A DNA stretch of 64,000 nucleotides from a virus: the IMG/VR virus record IMGVR_UViG_3300041956_000313, positions 1-64,000 of that record. The stretch is one strand, 5' to 3'. Shown here one piece after another: positions 17,709 through 26,600 of the stretch. Each line of letters begins with the position of its first letter. Within the stretch, counting starts at the first letter, position 1. A model generated the notes under the pieces. The model was not told where the DNA came from, did no database searches, and saw only the letters and a program-made list of their open reading frames with translations. The translations under genes and the position numbers were made by a program.

Positions 17709-17921
17709 GTGCCGAGGCGCAAGCGGTTGGAGTTGACTGCTGTAGAGCGCGAGATTTTGCAGCATGTGGCAGATGGTAGTTCTGACAAAGTAATTTCCGT
17801 GAAGCTGCGCATGAGCAAGCCCCGAGTTTCGTATTACGTGCGTGCTTGCTGTACGAAACTAAAAGCACTTAGTCGTGTGCATGCCGTTGCTATTGCGATC
17901 AGGAAGGGCCTTCTGAAATGA
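17709..17921 (+). CDS. LuxR-family HTH protein
   Basis: LTAVEREILQHVADGSSDKVIS..L.MS..V..Y....KL..SRVHAVAIA. Confidence 0.85.
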   Translation: MPRRKRLELTAVEREILQHVADGSSDKVISVKLRMSKPRVSYYVRACCTKLKALSRVHAVAIAIRKGLLK

Positions 17922-19747
17922 AGATTACGTCCGTTCGTGCTCGCAACTTCCGGACGCTTGCCGACGTCCGGCTAGACCTAGACCGGCCGGCAGGTCTGTA
18001 CTTCATGACCGGCCGGAACCTAGACCGGCCGCGACTCGGGTCCAACGGTATCGGCAAATCCTCCCTGTTTAACGCGTTGTACTGGTCTCTGTACGGCGTT
18101 ACGACGGACGGCATGCGTGCGGAGGGGCTCTGCGGACCGGCCGGCTCAGCCTATTCTGCGATGGTTAAAATGCAGGTCGCAGAACGCACGGAGAAGGTTT
18201 ATAGGGGGTGGAATCCGAACCGGTTGCTCCGTGACGGCCGGCCGGTATCGGCCGTCTCCGACCTTGTGCGGCTGTCACCAGAGGAGTTTCAAGCGACTGT
18301 TCTGATGTGCCAGTCCGGTGAGATGCTCCTGGACTTCACACCAGCAAAGCGACTCGAACTGGTAGGCGCGTCGCTCAACCTAGACATCTGGTCTGAGCAC
18401 AGCAGAGCTGCGCAGCTCCGCGCCGCGAAACTGGCTGAGCAGCATGCACGCCTGGAAGAGTGGCGGGTCGGCAAAGAAGCCGTCATAACGGCACTGCGTG
18501 AGCTCGATGTGTCTAGCAAGCTGAAAGCTTGGGAGCGCGACCGAAAAAAGAATCTTCGGGCGATGAAGGCACGGCTGACTGATCAGAAGGCCGCACTCGC
18601 GACGCTCACCGCGGCCTTCAAGAAAGTCGTGAAGGAAAAAGAAGCTGTCGAGGAAAAAATCAAACGGCTAGCACCGACATCCGTGAGCGGACACGATGAC
18701 ACCGGAGACCGTGACAAGCAGCTTGCAGCGGTTACACGTGCGACAGTCGAGCTAGAGGCAATCAAGAAGCAACTAAAGCAGTTTTGTGTGTACGAGGATG
18801 GGCAGTGGCATGCGACTACTCATTGTGATGCATGTGGTTCTGACTTGACGCACAAGCAAGTTAAAAAACGAATCGAGATTCTGTTGGTGTTGTCTCGGGC
18901 GGCAATAGCAAAGAAGGATGAGGCGAGTCTCGTGCTAGAGACTGCTGACAAACGCCGTGAGCGCGACCGACGTGCAGAGGAACGCAAGGCAAACTTTCTA
19001 GCCGACCTTGAGCGCGAGAGGAAAGACGCTGGCGATCGTTCGTTAAATCTGATGTTCGAGATAAATCGAGTCACTACGCTGTGCAAAGACTTACGCTCGA
19101 ACATCGCGAAAGAGCGGCACGCAAAGAATCCGTACGCCGATCAGGAAGAGTCGCGACTGCGCAAGCTGCACATGGCACGAATACAGCTTGCGAACATCAA
19201 CGAAGAACGCGAATTTGCACATCGCCGGCACGATCGCGCCGAGTGGTGGGTACGTGGCTTCAAGGAAGTGCGTTACTACGTGCTGCAGGAAGCGCTTAAC
19301 GAGCTCACCGCGGTAACTCAGATGCACGCACAGCAGATGGGCATGAAGGGCTTCAACGTCGTATTCATCGCGGAGCGTGAGAACAAATCCGGCTCGACGT
19401 CGAATACATTCGACGTGCAGATTCACACGCCGTATCGCAAAGAGCCGATGCCGCTGAGGGCATTGTCAGGCGGTGAGCAGGCGCGACTCAGACTCGCGTC
19501 AGCATTCGCAGGCTCGGATTTGATACTGCGACGTCGCAACGTGCTGTGCAATCTCGAAGTGTACGACGAGCCGACACAGCATTTGTCACCGGAAGGCATT
19601 GAGGATGTGATCGGCATCTTGCGTAATCGAGCTCTCGTGTCCGGCCGGCAAATCTGGTTCGTTGATCATCACAGCATCAGCTCGGGCAGGTTCGATGACA
19701 TCGTATATCTAGAACTCAAAGACAACCAAACGAGGATCGTGACATGA
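17918..19747 (+). CDS. sbcC: SbcC/Rad50-like ATPase
   Basis: Walker A GSNGIGKS, coiled coils with CDAC Zn hook, LSGGE signature, VYDEP Walker B. Confidence 0.9.
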   Translation: MKITSVRARNFRTLADVRLDLDRPAGLYFMTGRNLDRPRLGSNGIGKSSLFNALYWSLYGVTTDGMRAEGLCGPAGSAYSAMVKMQVAERTEKVYRGWNPNRLLRDGRPVSAVSDLVRLSPEEFQATVLMCQSGEMLLDFTPAKRLELVGASLNLDIWSEHSRAAQLRAAKLAEQHARLEEWRVGKEAVITALRELDVSSKLKAWERDRKKNLRAMKARLTDQKAALATLTAAFKKVVKEKEAVEEKIKRLAPTSVSGHDDTGDRDKQLAAVTRATVELEAIKKQLKQFCVYEDGQWHATTHCDACGSDLTHKQVKKRIEILLVLSRAAIAKKDEASLVLETADKRRERDRRAEERKANFLADLERERKDAGDRSLNLMFEINRVTTLCKDLRSNIAKERHAKNPYADQEESRLRKLHMARIQLANINEEREFAHRRHDRAEWWVRGFKEVRYYVLQEALNELTAVTQMHAQQMGMKGFNVVFIAERENKSGSTSNTFDVQIHTPYRKEPMPLRALSGGEQARLRLASAFAGSDLILRRRNVLCNLEVYDEPTQHLSPEGIEDVIGILRNRALVSGRQIWFVDHHSISSGRFDDIVYLELKDNQTRIVT

Positions 19748-20472
19748 CGACGATTGCGTGGGACGGCAAGCTTCTCGCGGCGGATAGAATGTCGATTACC
19801 GGATATCTGAAACACCAATTGAACAAGCTTCACTATCTAGCGCGGCCGGGGCAGCAACTGCTGTTCGGCTCATCCGGTGATTACGATGCCGGACTAGCTG
19901 TGCTCAATTGGCTGAAGGAAGGCGGTGACTACACGACGGGCAAAGACTCGCCGTCACTTGAGCGCGAGGGCGCGTTCTCCGGCTTGTTGGTAGTTCTGTC
20001 GGCGGCGAGTTTGTCACCGCGGGTCTATCATCTGCATGAGAGATGCATCGGCGTGCCGATAGCGTCACTGCCGTTTTATGCGATCGGCTCCGGCCGCGAG
20101 TTCGCGATTGCGGCAATGAGGCTAGGACTGAATGCTCTGCAAGCGGTGCAAGTCGCTTCGGAGCTAGATCACGCGACGGGCAGTGGTCTTTCGTGGCGTG
20201 ATCTAGAAGGCAACTATGGCACTATGAGTGATGTGAGTGTCGAGTCCGGCCGTGTGTCACACATCACAGAGTCTGAGTTAGGCGCGCTCAAGGGTGCGTG
20301 GGAGAAAGAGTTAGAGGGCGGACATTTCGAGTGGGCTGAGTTTACCGCGTGGCTGCAGCGTGATCCGCAGTCGCACCGCTCGTTGCTAGCACTCTTGCAG
20401 CAGAACGCACCCGACCGCTTCGAGCGTTCGGAGTTGTGCGCTTGGCAGCAGAACAGCAGAACACATCCGTAG
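19744..20472 (+). CDS. Ntn-hydrolase, proteasome-beta/HslV-like protein
   Basis: MTTIAWDGKLLAADR (N-terminal Thr), YAIGSGREFAIAAM..G..A.QAV.VA.ELD. Confidence 0.75.
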   Translation: MTTIAWDGKLLAADRMSITGYLKHQLNKLHYLARPGQQLLFGSSGDYDAGLAVLNWLKEGGDYTTGKDSPSLEREGAFSGLLVVLSAASLSPRVYHLHERCIGVPIASLPFYAIGSGREFAIAAMRLGLNALQAVQVASELDHATGSGLSWRDLEGNYGTMSDVSVESGRVSHITESELGALKGAWEKELEGGHFEWAEFTAWLQRDPQSHRSLLALLQQNAPDRFERSELCAWQQNSRTHP

Positions 20473-20494
20473 TGAGTCTTTCACTGCTGAAACG

Positions 20495-20522
20495 AAAACG
20501 GGCCGCATCTGCGGCCCGTCTC
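20495..20522. terminator. hairpin terminator between convergent genes
   Basis: ACGGGCCGCA-TC-TGCGGCCCGT preceded by an A run (T tail on the minus strand). Confidence 0.75.
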
Positions 20523-20541
20523 GTGTCAGCTTCGAGTGCGG

Positions 20542-21105
20542 TTACTTCTTCAGCATCCGGGTCGGGAACTGATTGAACAGCTTGCCGTGGACGGAGACGT
20601 TCACGATCATCTGAGTCTTCCACCGCTGTGTCTCACCGGCTGCAGTGACGACCGTCAGCACGCTGTGCCCCCATACGTGTGAGCCGGCGAGTTCTGCCGC
20701 GGTCACATCACCGACTTTCGAGATGAGTTTCAGGACAAACGCGTCGTACTCGACTGCCGCTTCGTCGCGCGCGATCTTCACGAAGCGCTCGACGCTGTCA
20801 GTATCGACTTCTACGCAGTAGTCGGCGCTCCGGAAGTCGACGAACTTGCCGTCAACGAACTTGTTGTCATTGAGGCCGCGCGTGAGCGAGTCATACAGCC
20901 TGCGCTTGCCCTGCGCGACGGCGAAATCTTTGCGTCCCATGCGGATGCTGTTAGCGCGCGGCGCTACGGCGTTGATGCGGCCGTCGACGTCAGCAAGCGC
21001 TTTGGTGATGTCGGCAACGACTTCGCGCGCGTGCCTCTCAGCGCGAGCAACCGCATCTGACTTGAGGGGCATCACAGCAACGTAAACCGGGTGAGTCGTG
21101 TTCAT
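20542..21105 (-). CDS. hypothetical protein (probably early)
   Basis: GGAGA RBS, coding-like codon use, ends at the terminator. Confidence 0.75.
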   Translation of the reverse strand: MNTTHPVYVAVMPLKSDAVARAERHAREVVADITKALADVDGRINAVAPRANSIRMGRKDFAVAQGKRRLYDSLTRGLNDNKFVDGKFVDFRSADYCVEVDTDSVERFVKIARDEAAVEYDAFVLKLISKVGDVTAAELAGSHVWGHSVLTVVTAAGETQRWKTQMIVNVSVHGKLFNQFPTRMLKK

Positions 21106-21123
21106 CTTTGCTTTCTCCGTCTC

Positions 21124-21303
21124 TTACAGCTTGACGACTTTGTAGATAATCGGCATGAGGCCGGGGTGCTTCTGCGCACGACGTGACATGCCGACAGTGA
21201 TTTGATTCCACGCAGTGTCGCGTGCCTGATTTTCGTCGGTAGCGGTGACAACAACTTTCCGGTCCCGGTTGCGCATGTTGTAGGTGACTTCGAACTTGTT
21301 CAT
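21124..21303 (-). CDS. hypothetical protein (59 aa, absent from the ORF track)
   Basis: MNKFEVTYNMRNRDRKVVVTATDENQARD...; AGAGGGCA leader. Confidence 0.65.
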   Translation of the reverse strand: MNKFEVTYNMRNRDRKVVVTATDENQARDTAWNQITVGMSRRAQKHPGLMPIIYKVVKL

Positions 21304-21683
21304 TTGCCTGCCCTCTGCGTTAGTGATTCGATGTGTCTAGATTAGCTATTTGCGGGCGTAGAGACAAGTACCAAAACGAATATTTTCGGGTAAATCACAG
21401 TATATTTTCGCTGCCAACGCTGACTCGAATGAAGTGCGTTACAACCAATTCTGAGGCTGTCAGTACCGAGCTCGTGCCGACCCGTCACCGTATATATCTG
21501 GTAACAAACGTGGTAGCAGAGCCCCTCAGAATTGGTTATAGAAGCATGTATTTTTTACAATACAACCGCACACAAATAGTGCGAAAATATCCTGAAAAAT
21601 AGTGCGAAATTGGTTGTATCTGTGCCCGTAGAACAGTTACTATGTGCACGTCGGATCAATCAACTAGTGCAGAGGGCAAGACA
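21304..21683. promoter_or_regulatory. AT-rich divergent promoter region with inverted and direct repeats
   Basis: + strand TTGTAT-N18-TACTAT at 21614-21643 with a similar minus-strand element; 14-bp inverted repeat 21443-21456/21524-21537; 13-bp direct repeat 21574/21597. Confidence 0.75.
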
Positions 21684-22067
21684 ATGAACAAGCAGATTCG
21701 AGTGAAGATGGATGCGGATGCGGTTGAGATGCTGAAGAAAGGCGCGATCGGCATCGCGTCCGAGCTCGCCGCGCGCTACAACACGAGTTATGCGGATGCG
21801 GCTGACGCGGTCGCCGAAGCTGCGCGCGATTTGGGCATCACGATCATCGGCACTGACGTTGCTCGTGCACGTGCTGTCGACAACGCGAAGCAATCGAACG
21901 CGGACAAGATCGAGGGCGCACTCCGAGGCAATGCGCTGCTGTCAACGATCGGTGAACTCGCGGTCGCAACCGGTTTGTCAGAGTCGCAGGTCGGCCGTGC
22001 TCTGAAAGATGAACGCTTTGAGCGCATGCAGGACCGCGGCGGCTTGATCTGGTGGCGGCTGAAGTAA
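21684..22067 (+). CDS. HTH DNA-binding protein
   Basis: TIGELAVATGLSESQVGRAL. Confidence 0.7.
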   Translation: MNKQIRVKMDADAVEMLKKGAIGIASELAARYNTSYADAADAVAEAARDLGITIIGTDVARARAVDNAKQSNADKIEGALRGNALLSTIGELAVATGLSESQVGRALKDERFERMQDRGGLIWWRLK

Positions 22068-22086
22068 TCACAACGGAGTAACGAAC

Positions 22087-22431
22087 ATGACAACGAACAG
22101 AGACCGCGACAACGAACTGACTACGGTGCTCGGACTGATCGCCGGCTATGACAGCGGCACACTCGCACACGCGCAGTACTTCAACATCGAAGCCGCCCGT
22201 GCACGTGTGCGCGTTCTGCGCGCGTCGATCAAATACCGGCTTGTCGGTCTCGCCGAACTCCGCGACTTCTTCTCTGGACATTTGTCCGAGGCGCAGTTTG
22301 ATGAACTACTCGCGCACGAGGGTCAACTCGTGACGGTCGTCTCGGAAGAGACGGAGGGCTATTACAACGTCGTCACCGCGGCCGGCTACAAGATCAAGGG
22401 ACTCAGCGCATTTCATCTCGAATTGCTGTAA
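22087..22431 (+). CDS. hypothetical protein
   Basis: GGAG RBS; followed by a terminator. Confidence 0.7.
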   Translation: MTTNRDRDNELTTVLGLIAGYDSGTLAHAQYFNIEAARARVRVLRASIKYRLVGLAELRDFFSGHLSEAQFDELLAHEGQLVTVVSEETEGYYNVVTAAGYKIKGLSAFHLELL

Positions 22432-22462
22432 TACACGCGCACAGCGCGCTTCGAGTTGAGAG

Positions 22463-22493
22463 ACGGCCGGCTAATCACCGGCCGTTTTCTTTT
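22463..22493 (+). terminator. intrinsic terminator
   Basis: ACGGCCGG-CTAATCA-CCGGCCGT followed by TTTCTTTT. Confidence 0.85.
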
Positions 22494-22757
22494 GTGTGCG
22501 TATATCTGTGCATGTTCTACCAAATACTCAAATTGCGGTGTGACTCGCGTGTCACGAATCCAGTTGACGAGCACGACACTGTGCAGTGCTGTCATGAAGC
22601 GACGTTCAAGGGCAAAAGCTCTGAACCGGAATACGAAGCTATGCGTGCCGGCTGGCGTTGGGACTTGACGCGTCGATGTTGGTGTCCGAAGCATGCTCGT
22701 GCAGAGCTGCCGGAGACGTTCGTAAAACCGAAACTCAAGAGAAGGGAGAGAAGATGA
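22494..22757 (+). CDS. small Cys-rich hypothetical protein
   Basis: CDS..QCC..GW..WCPKH Zn-ribbon pattern; ATGA overlap with the next gene; start uncertain. Confidence 0.5.
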   Translation: MCVYLCMFYQILKLRCDSRVTNPVDEHDTVQCCHEATFKGKSSEPEYEAMRAGWRWDLTRRCWCPKHARAELPETFVKPKLKRRERR

Positions 22758-22966
22758 TTGCGCTAGCGATTTTGATGATCATGTTAGGCGCTGTGACGGT
22801 GCTGAGCACGGGCTACGGTTTGTTCGTCGCTATCGGGTGCTGGATAGAGTATCGCGGCGCGCCGGAATGGTGGGCAAGCGGGGACACGAAGATGTTCATC
22901 GTAGTCGTGTCAGCGTTCTTGATTGGGTGCGTGTTCATGTGGGCAGGAGCAGACTTGCTGTTGTGA
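22754..22966 (+). CDS. small membrane protein (2 TM)
   Basis: two hydrophobic segments; GGGAGA RBS. Confidence 0.6.
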   Translation: MIALAILMIMLGAVTVLSTGYGLFVAIGCWIEYRGAPEWWASGDTKMFIVVVSAFLIGCVFMWAGADLLL

Positions 22967-23277
22967 GTACACACGCGCAGAAGATGAAGAAACACCGGCT
23001 TGAGCGCGTCAAGCTCAAGGGTGAGATGGCCGTACGATTCCGCAAGCTGTATCGGCACAGAATCAGTGGGCTCATCGACATACACTTGCATGATGTTCGC
23101 GTCGAGCAGTTACCTACGTTGATCGAGAGCTTCGGGCAAGACGTGTATCTGCAAGGAATTCTCGATGGCATTCAGGTAGCGCAGAACAATCCGGATTTTG
23201 TGAAGGAGTTGATGAATGACACTCAAGAAGCGGCCACGCCGCGATCCGCAGAAGTCGACTGGGAAGGTTCAGGCTAG
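22963..23277 (+). CDS. hypothetical protein
   Basis: GTGA coupling with the upstream gene. Confidence 0.5.
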   Translation: MSTHAQKMKKHRLERVKLKGEMAVRFRKLYRHRISGLIDIHLHDVRVEQLPTLIESFGQDVYLQGILDGIQVAQNNPDFVKELMNDTQEAATPRSAEVDWEGSG

Positions 23278-24001
23278 TATTTGCGGAGAAATTTTCGAGG
23301 ACGGACCGAATAGAAAGCAGCAGAGGATGTGCATGCGTCTGAAAGGGCATTCAGGCAAGCACGATGACCTGCAGCCGACAGGAAAGCAACGGGGTGAAGA
23401 TTCAAAGCTTCAGGATAAACCGTTAGTGCGCACGTCGGAATGGCCCTACGCTGCGGCGTTGTGCAATGAGCTGCTGAATAACGGTCCGCCGCATTACACG
23501 TGTCAGCGCCCGAAAGGGCACAAGGGCGAGCACTCGAATTATTCCTGCGTCGACAAGAATCTCAAAGAGAGCCCGATTCCTTTCGACAAACTCACTGATA
23601 AGGAGCGCAAGAGTCTCGGTCATGCGCGACCAGAGTCGTCTGCCTCAGCGATAGAGAAGCAGTTCATGAAGATCGGAACTGAACTTGCGCAGCAAGTCAT
23701 GGGCAGCGTGAATTTGGTAGACGAGTTGACCGGCAAGTCAGCAAGTGAGCGTGTGGAAGAACTTCTCGCATCGTCACTGGTGCCGTCAGATGAGCACATG
23801 CCGAAGTTCGTCTTGGGATTTTTAAGAAAGGGCGACCACAAGTACAACGAGCTCGTTAAGCTAATCTGGACGCGCATTCAGAAGAAAGAGGAATTCACGC
23901 AGATAGCAGTGAGATTGCGGCAAGTCATGAGTCAGCAGTTCACTGAAGGCTGGCGTCAGGGCAAGAACGAGGAAGCAGCAGAGAAAACTCACGGCAGTTG
24001 A
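23216..24001 (+). CDS. hypothetical protein with two C-x-C-x-GH-x-G-x-H Zn-binding repeats
   Basis: CMRLKGHSGKH and CQRPKGHKGEH; AAGGAG RBS. Confidence 0.65.
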   Translation: MTLKKRPRRDPQKSTGKVQASICGEIFEDGPNRKQQRMCMRLKGHSGKHDDLQPTGKQRGEDSKLQDKPLVRTSEWPYAAALCNELLNNGPPHYTCQRPKGHKGEHSNYSCVDKNLKESPIPFDKLTDKERKSLGHARPESSASAIEKQFMKIGTELAQQVMGSVNLVDELTGKSASERVEELLASSLVPSDEHMPKFVLGFLRKGDHKYNELVKLIWTRIQKKEEFTQIAVRLRQVMSQQFTEGWRQGKNEEAAEKTHGS

Positions 24002-24071
24002 AGTCAGCAGTGCCACTGTAGTTTCATCTGAGCCCTCAAGAAACTTGGTATCGGGGCAAGAGAGCAGAAAG

Positions 24072-24722
24072 ATGAAACTTAGAGAAAGGCCGAGAAACAT
24101 CCCAAGGCAGCGCGGCAAGCGCGGCCCCGACAAACGTCCGCGCAAACTGCGTAGCGAGCATCGTTACGACAGAGACACGACCCAGTCGGAAGCTTTCAAG
24201 TTAGAGGACTATTTGCTGCCGCCGTGCTCCGTCATCAGGACTGACCGCACGAAGAGAACTGCATGGATCGGTGAGGGTCAGAAAACTGAAACTCGCTATG
24301 ACGCTACGCCGACGATTGCCGCGAGCCGACAGCATCTCACGCCCATCATGATCGACAAGATTTACGAGATAGTGCTGCAGACTCACTCACTCGAATGTGC
24401 AGCCGGCATTCTCTGCATACCGACGTTTACCGTGCAGCGATGGATGCAAGAAGGCAAGAAGGTAGCTGAAGACATTGCATCAGGAAAACCGCACAGACGA
24501 CAGCACGTCTTGCAGTACGAGCTCTATATCCGGATCACGCAAGCTAGATTCGTGAAGCTCGCCGAGAAGCGTGCCCGGATTCTCCGCAACAAGAATGACA
24601 GCAGTGCTTTCCGCACGTTCAAAGTTCTCGAAGCTCTGGACACGGAAAACTTCGGTTTCAACAGAGGCAAGAGCACGACTGCAGCCGATGCATTGCCGCT
24701 GGCTGATGAGGCGTATATGTAA
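24072..24722 (+). CDS. HTH protein, putative terminase small subunit
   Basis: LTPIMIDKIYEIV..SLECAAGILCI..TVQRWMQEG followed by helices ending LE.LD.E.FG, the usual TerS-like layout. Confidence 0.5.
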   Translation: MKLRERPRNIPRQRGKRGPDKRPRKLRSEHRYDRDTTQSEAFKLEDYLLPPCSVIRTDRTKRTAWIGEGQKTETRYDATPTIAASRQHLTPIMIDKIYEIVLQTHSLECAAGILCIPTFTVQRWMQEGKKVAEDIASGKPHRRQHVLQYELYIRITQARFVKLAEKRARILRNKNDSSAFRTFKVLEALDTENFGFNRGKSTTAADALPLADEAYM

Positions 24723-24741
24723 GCCGGAGGTAAAGCAAATC

Positions 24742-24942
24742 ATGAAAATCGTAGTACGGGAAGTGCCGAGCACAGCAGGCGCTTACTTGTTTCGTTACGA
24801 GAGTGAAGCCGTGCCGCGCAAAGGCGAGATAGTCGAGTTTCAAGAACTGCAGTATCGCGTGCATGAAGTTCTTTGGGTAGCGAAGTCTTCCACAGAAACT
24901 CAAGTACATGTGGAAGTGCTCGTCGAGCAGATGCATTGCTGA
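24742..24942 (+). CDS. small beta-rich protein, paralog 1
   Basis: YESEAVPRKGEIV..YRVHEVLW..HVEV. Confidence 0.6.
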   Translation: MKIVVREVPSTAGAYLFRYESEAVPRKGEIVEFQELQYRVHEVLWVAKSSTETQVHVEVLVEQMHC

Positions 24943-24956
24943 GTGCGAGAGCGTGC

Positions 24957-25157
24957 ATGAGCAACAATACCCACAGTGATTACGTAGATTGCGAAGCGTG
25001 TGAAGGTACAGGCCGCAGATACCGGCTCATGCCGACGTATCACACAGTGACGTCGCTTGTGGATGTGACGACACGTGAAGTGCGTGGTATAGATGAACTC
25101 GTCGATGTCGGTGAGTGCCTAGTCTGCGGAGGCAGCGGATTTCTTCCGAAAGAGTGA
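24957..25157 (+). CDS. DnaJ-type Zn-finger small protein
   Basis: CEACEGTG and CLVCGGSG. Confidence 0.6.
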   Translation: MSNNTHSDYVDCEACEGTGRRYRLMPTYHTVTSLVDVTTREVRGIDELVDVGECLVCGGSGFLPKE

Positions 25158-25163
25158 GGCAAA

Positions 25164-25355
25164 ATGAAAGTCAGAATCACGAGACCGTCGAGGCAGGGCG
25201 GCACAGATGTCGTGTGCTCATTCGAGAGTGACGTTCTGCCGCAAGTAGGCGACGAAGTAGCTTTCAAAGATGGCACGCGGTACGAGGTGAAGCGTGTCGT
25301 GTGGGTGATCAACAGCAAGAACGAAGCGCACGTCGAGGTGTTCACGTCATGGTGA
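25164..25355 (+). CDS. small beta-rich protein, paralog 2
   Basis: FESDVLPQVGDEV..YEVKRVVW..HVEV. Confidence 0.6.
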   Translation: MKVRITRPSRQGGTDVVCSFESDVLPQVGDEVAFKDGTRYEVKRVVWVINSKNEAHVEVFTSW

Positions 25356-25597
25356 TAGAAATCATTCAGTCGTGGCCGGCTGCTGCGAATGTGAAACTGT
25401 TGTTCACAGTAGAGACTGCCGAAGGCAATGTGCCGCGTGTCGGTGAGTTCGTCGAGAATCCGGACGAACCTGAGGCGCAGTTGAAAGTGACGCGTGTGCA
25501 TTGGATGCTGCGTACGCAGTTCCGCAGTGCCCGCCGTCAGTTCTATATCTGGCGCACGGTTGCTGTTTACGTCGTCGACGTATCAGGTGCAATGTGA
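25349..25597 (+). CDS. small beta-rich protein, paralog 3
   Basis: VETAEGNVPRVGEFV..LKVTRVHW..VAVYV. Confidence 0.55.
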   Translation: MVIEIIQSWPAAANVKLLFTVETAEGNVPRVGEFVENPDEPEAQLKVTRVHWMLRTQFRSARRQFYIWRTVAVYVVDVSGAM

Positions 25598-25977
25598 AGC
25601 GCGTGACGACACAGGAAGTGATTGAGCTGATCAAGACGGCACCGGAGAAGTTGCACTTTCGAATTGCAGGGCGTGCCGGCTGGTACCGACTGTGCGAGTG
25701 TGCCGTATGCCACGAGACATTCTGGAAGAGCGGCGGATTGCATGCGTCTGGCAAACTGCGTGACGTGCGCAGCGGCAGTGTCTACTGCAGTGAAGAGTGT
25801 CAGGTGATATTGCAGAGAGCAGAACAGAGCGCGGCAAGCGCGCTGGCAGAAGAACTACAAGGCAAAGCACGGTCATTCTTACTTCAAGAAGTTCAGCCGT
25901 TCCGGCCGCAAAGAGCTTCTCTTGCAGAAGCTGCAGGAGACTTACTCAGCAGCGCAACGAGTGAGAGCACGACATGA
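25594..25977 (+). CDS. Zn-finger hypothetical protein
   Basis: CAVC..F..YCSEEC; GTGA coupling. Confidence 0.5.
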   Translation: MKRVTTQEVIELIKTAPEKLHFRIAGRAGWYRLCECAVCHETFWKSGGLHASGKLRDVRSGSVYCSEECQVILQRAEQSAASALAEELQGKARSFLLQEVQPFRPQRASLAEAAGDLLSSATSESTT

Positions 25978-26064
25978 GCGTCAGTGACTTCGTGCTCGTG
26001 CTGATGCTGCTCGGAGTGACAGCACTGCTGACATGGGTTTTCGAATACTGTGAGGATGACGACG

Positions 26065-26448
26065 ATGACAGACACACCTGGTAAGACGACGCGTCGTGGT
26101 CTATTAGCGGCGTTGCTAGCACTGCCTGTGATAGCTCGGGCGGTGAAGATCGAGCCGTCTGCGTGGGACACAGACGCCTATTCAGGTGAGTACTGGTTGC
26201 AGGCTCGCACGCAGCTTGCACCAGACGCCTGGACGAACTTCAACGGACCGTGCTGGGCGATAGAGCCTGACGGTGCGTATATGTGCTTCGACGGTGAGAG
26301 ACTGAAACTCGAACCGGTCGAATACACACGACACACGGAGCTCGCGCTCGAATGGGAAGCACCGCATACCGTGCGGTACTACAAAGACCGCGAGCTGTTG
26401 CATACACATCATGTGAGGAAATATGGAACGACACGGCTGGATGAGTGA
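26065..26448 (+). CDS. protein with twin-arginine-like signal peptide
   Basis: TTRRGLLAALLALPVIARA. Confidence 0.55.
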   Translation: MTDTPGKTTRRGLLAALLALPVIARAVKIEPSAWDTDAYSGEYWLQARTQLAPDAWTNFNGPCWAIEPDGAYMCFDGERLKLEPVEYTRHTELALEWEAPHTVRYYKDRELLHTHHVRKYGTTRLDE

Positions 26449-26600
26449 CGAGGAAAGAAAGCGGCCCAAGCAGCAAGCTGCGGCACTCTCGCAGGCACTG
26501 CACGAGTTCGAGAAAGATCAGGTACTCGGAGACATTGAATGGCCGCCGCGTGTCATCGAGGAAAGGAGCTGCCGTTACCTAGCCGGCGCGGTGCGCCCGG

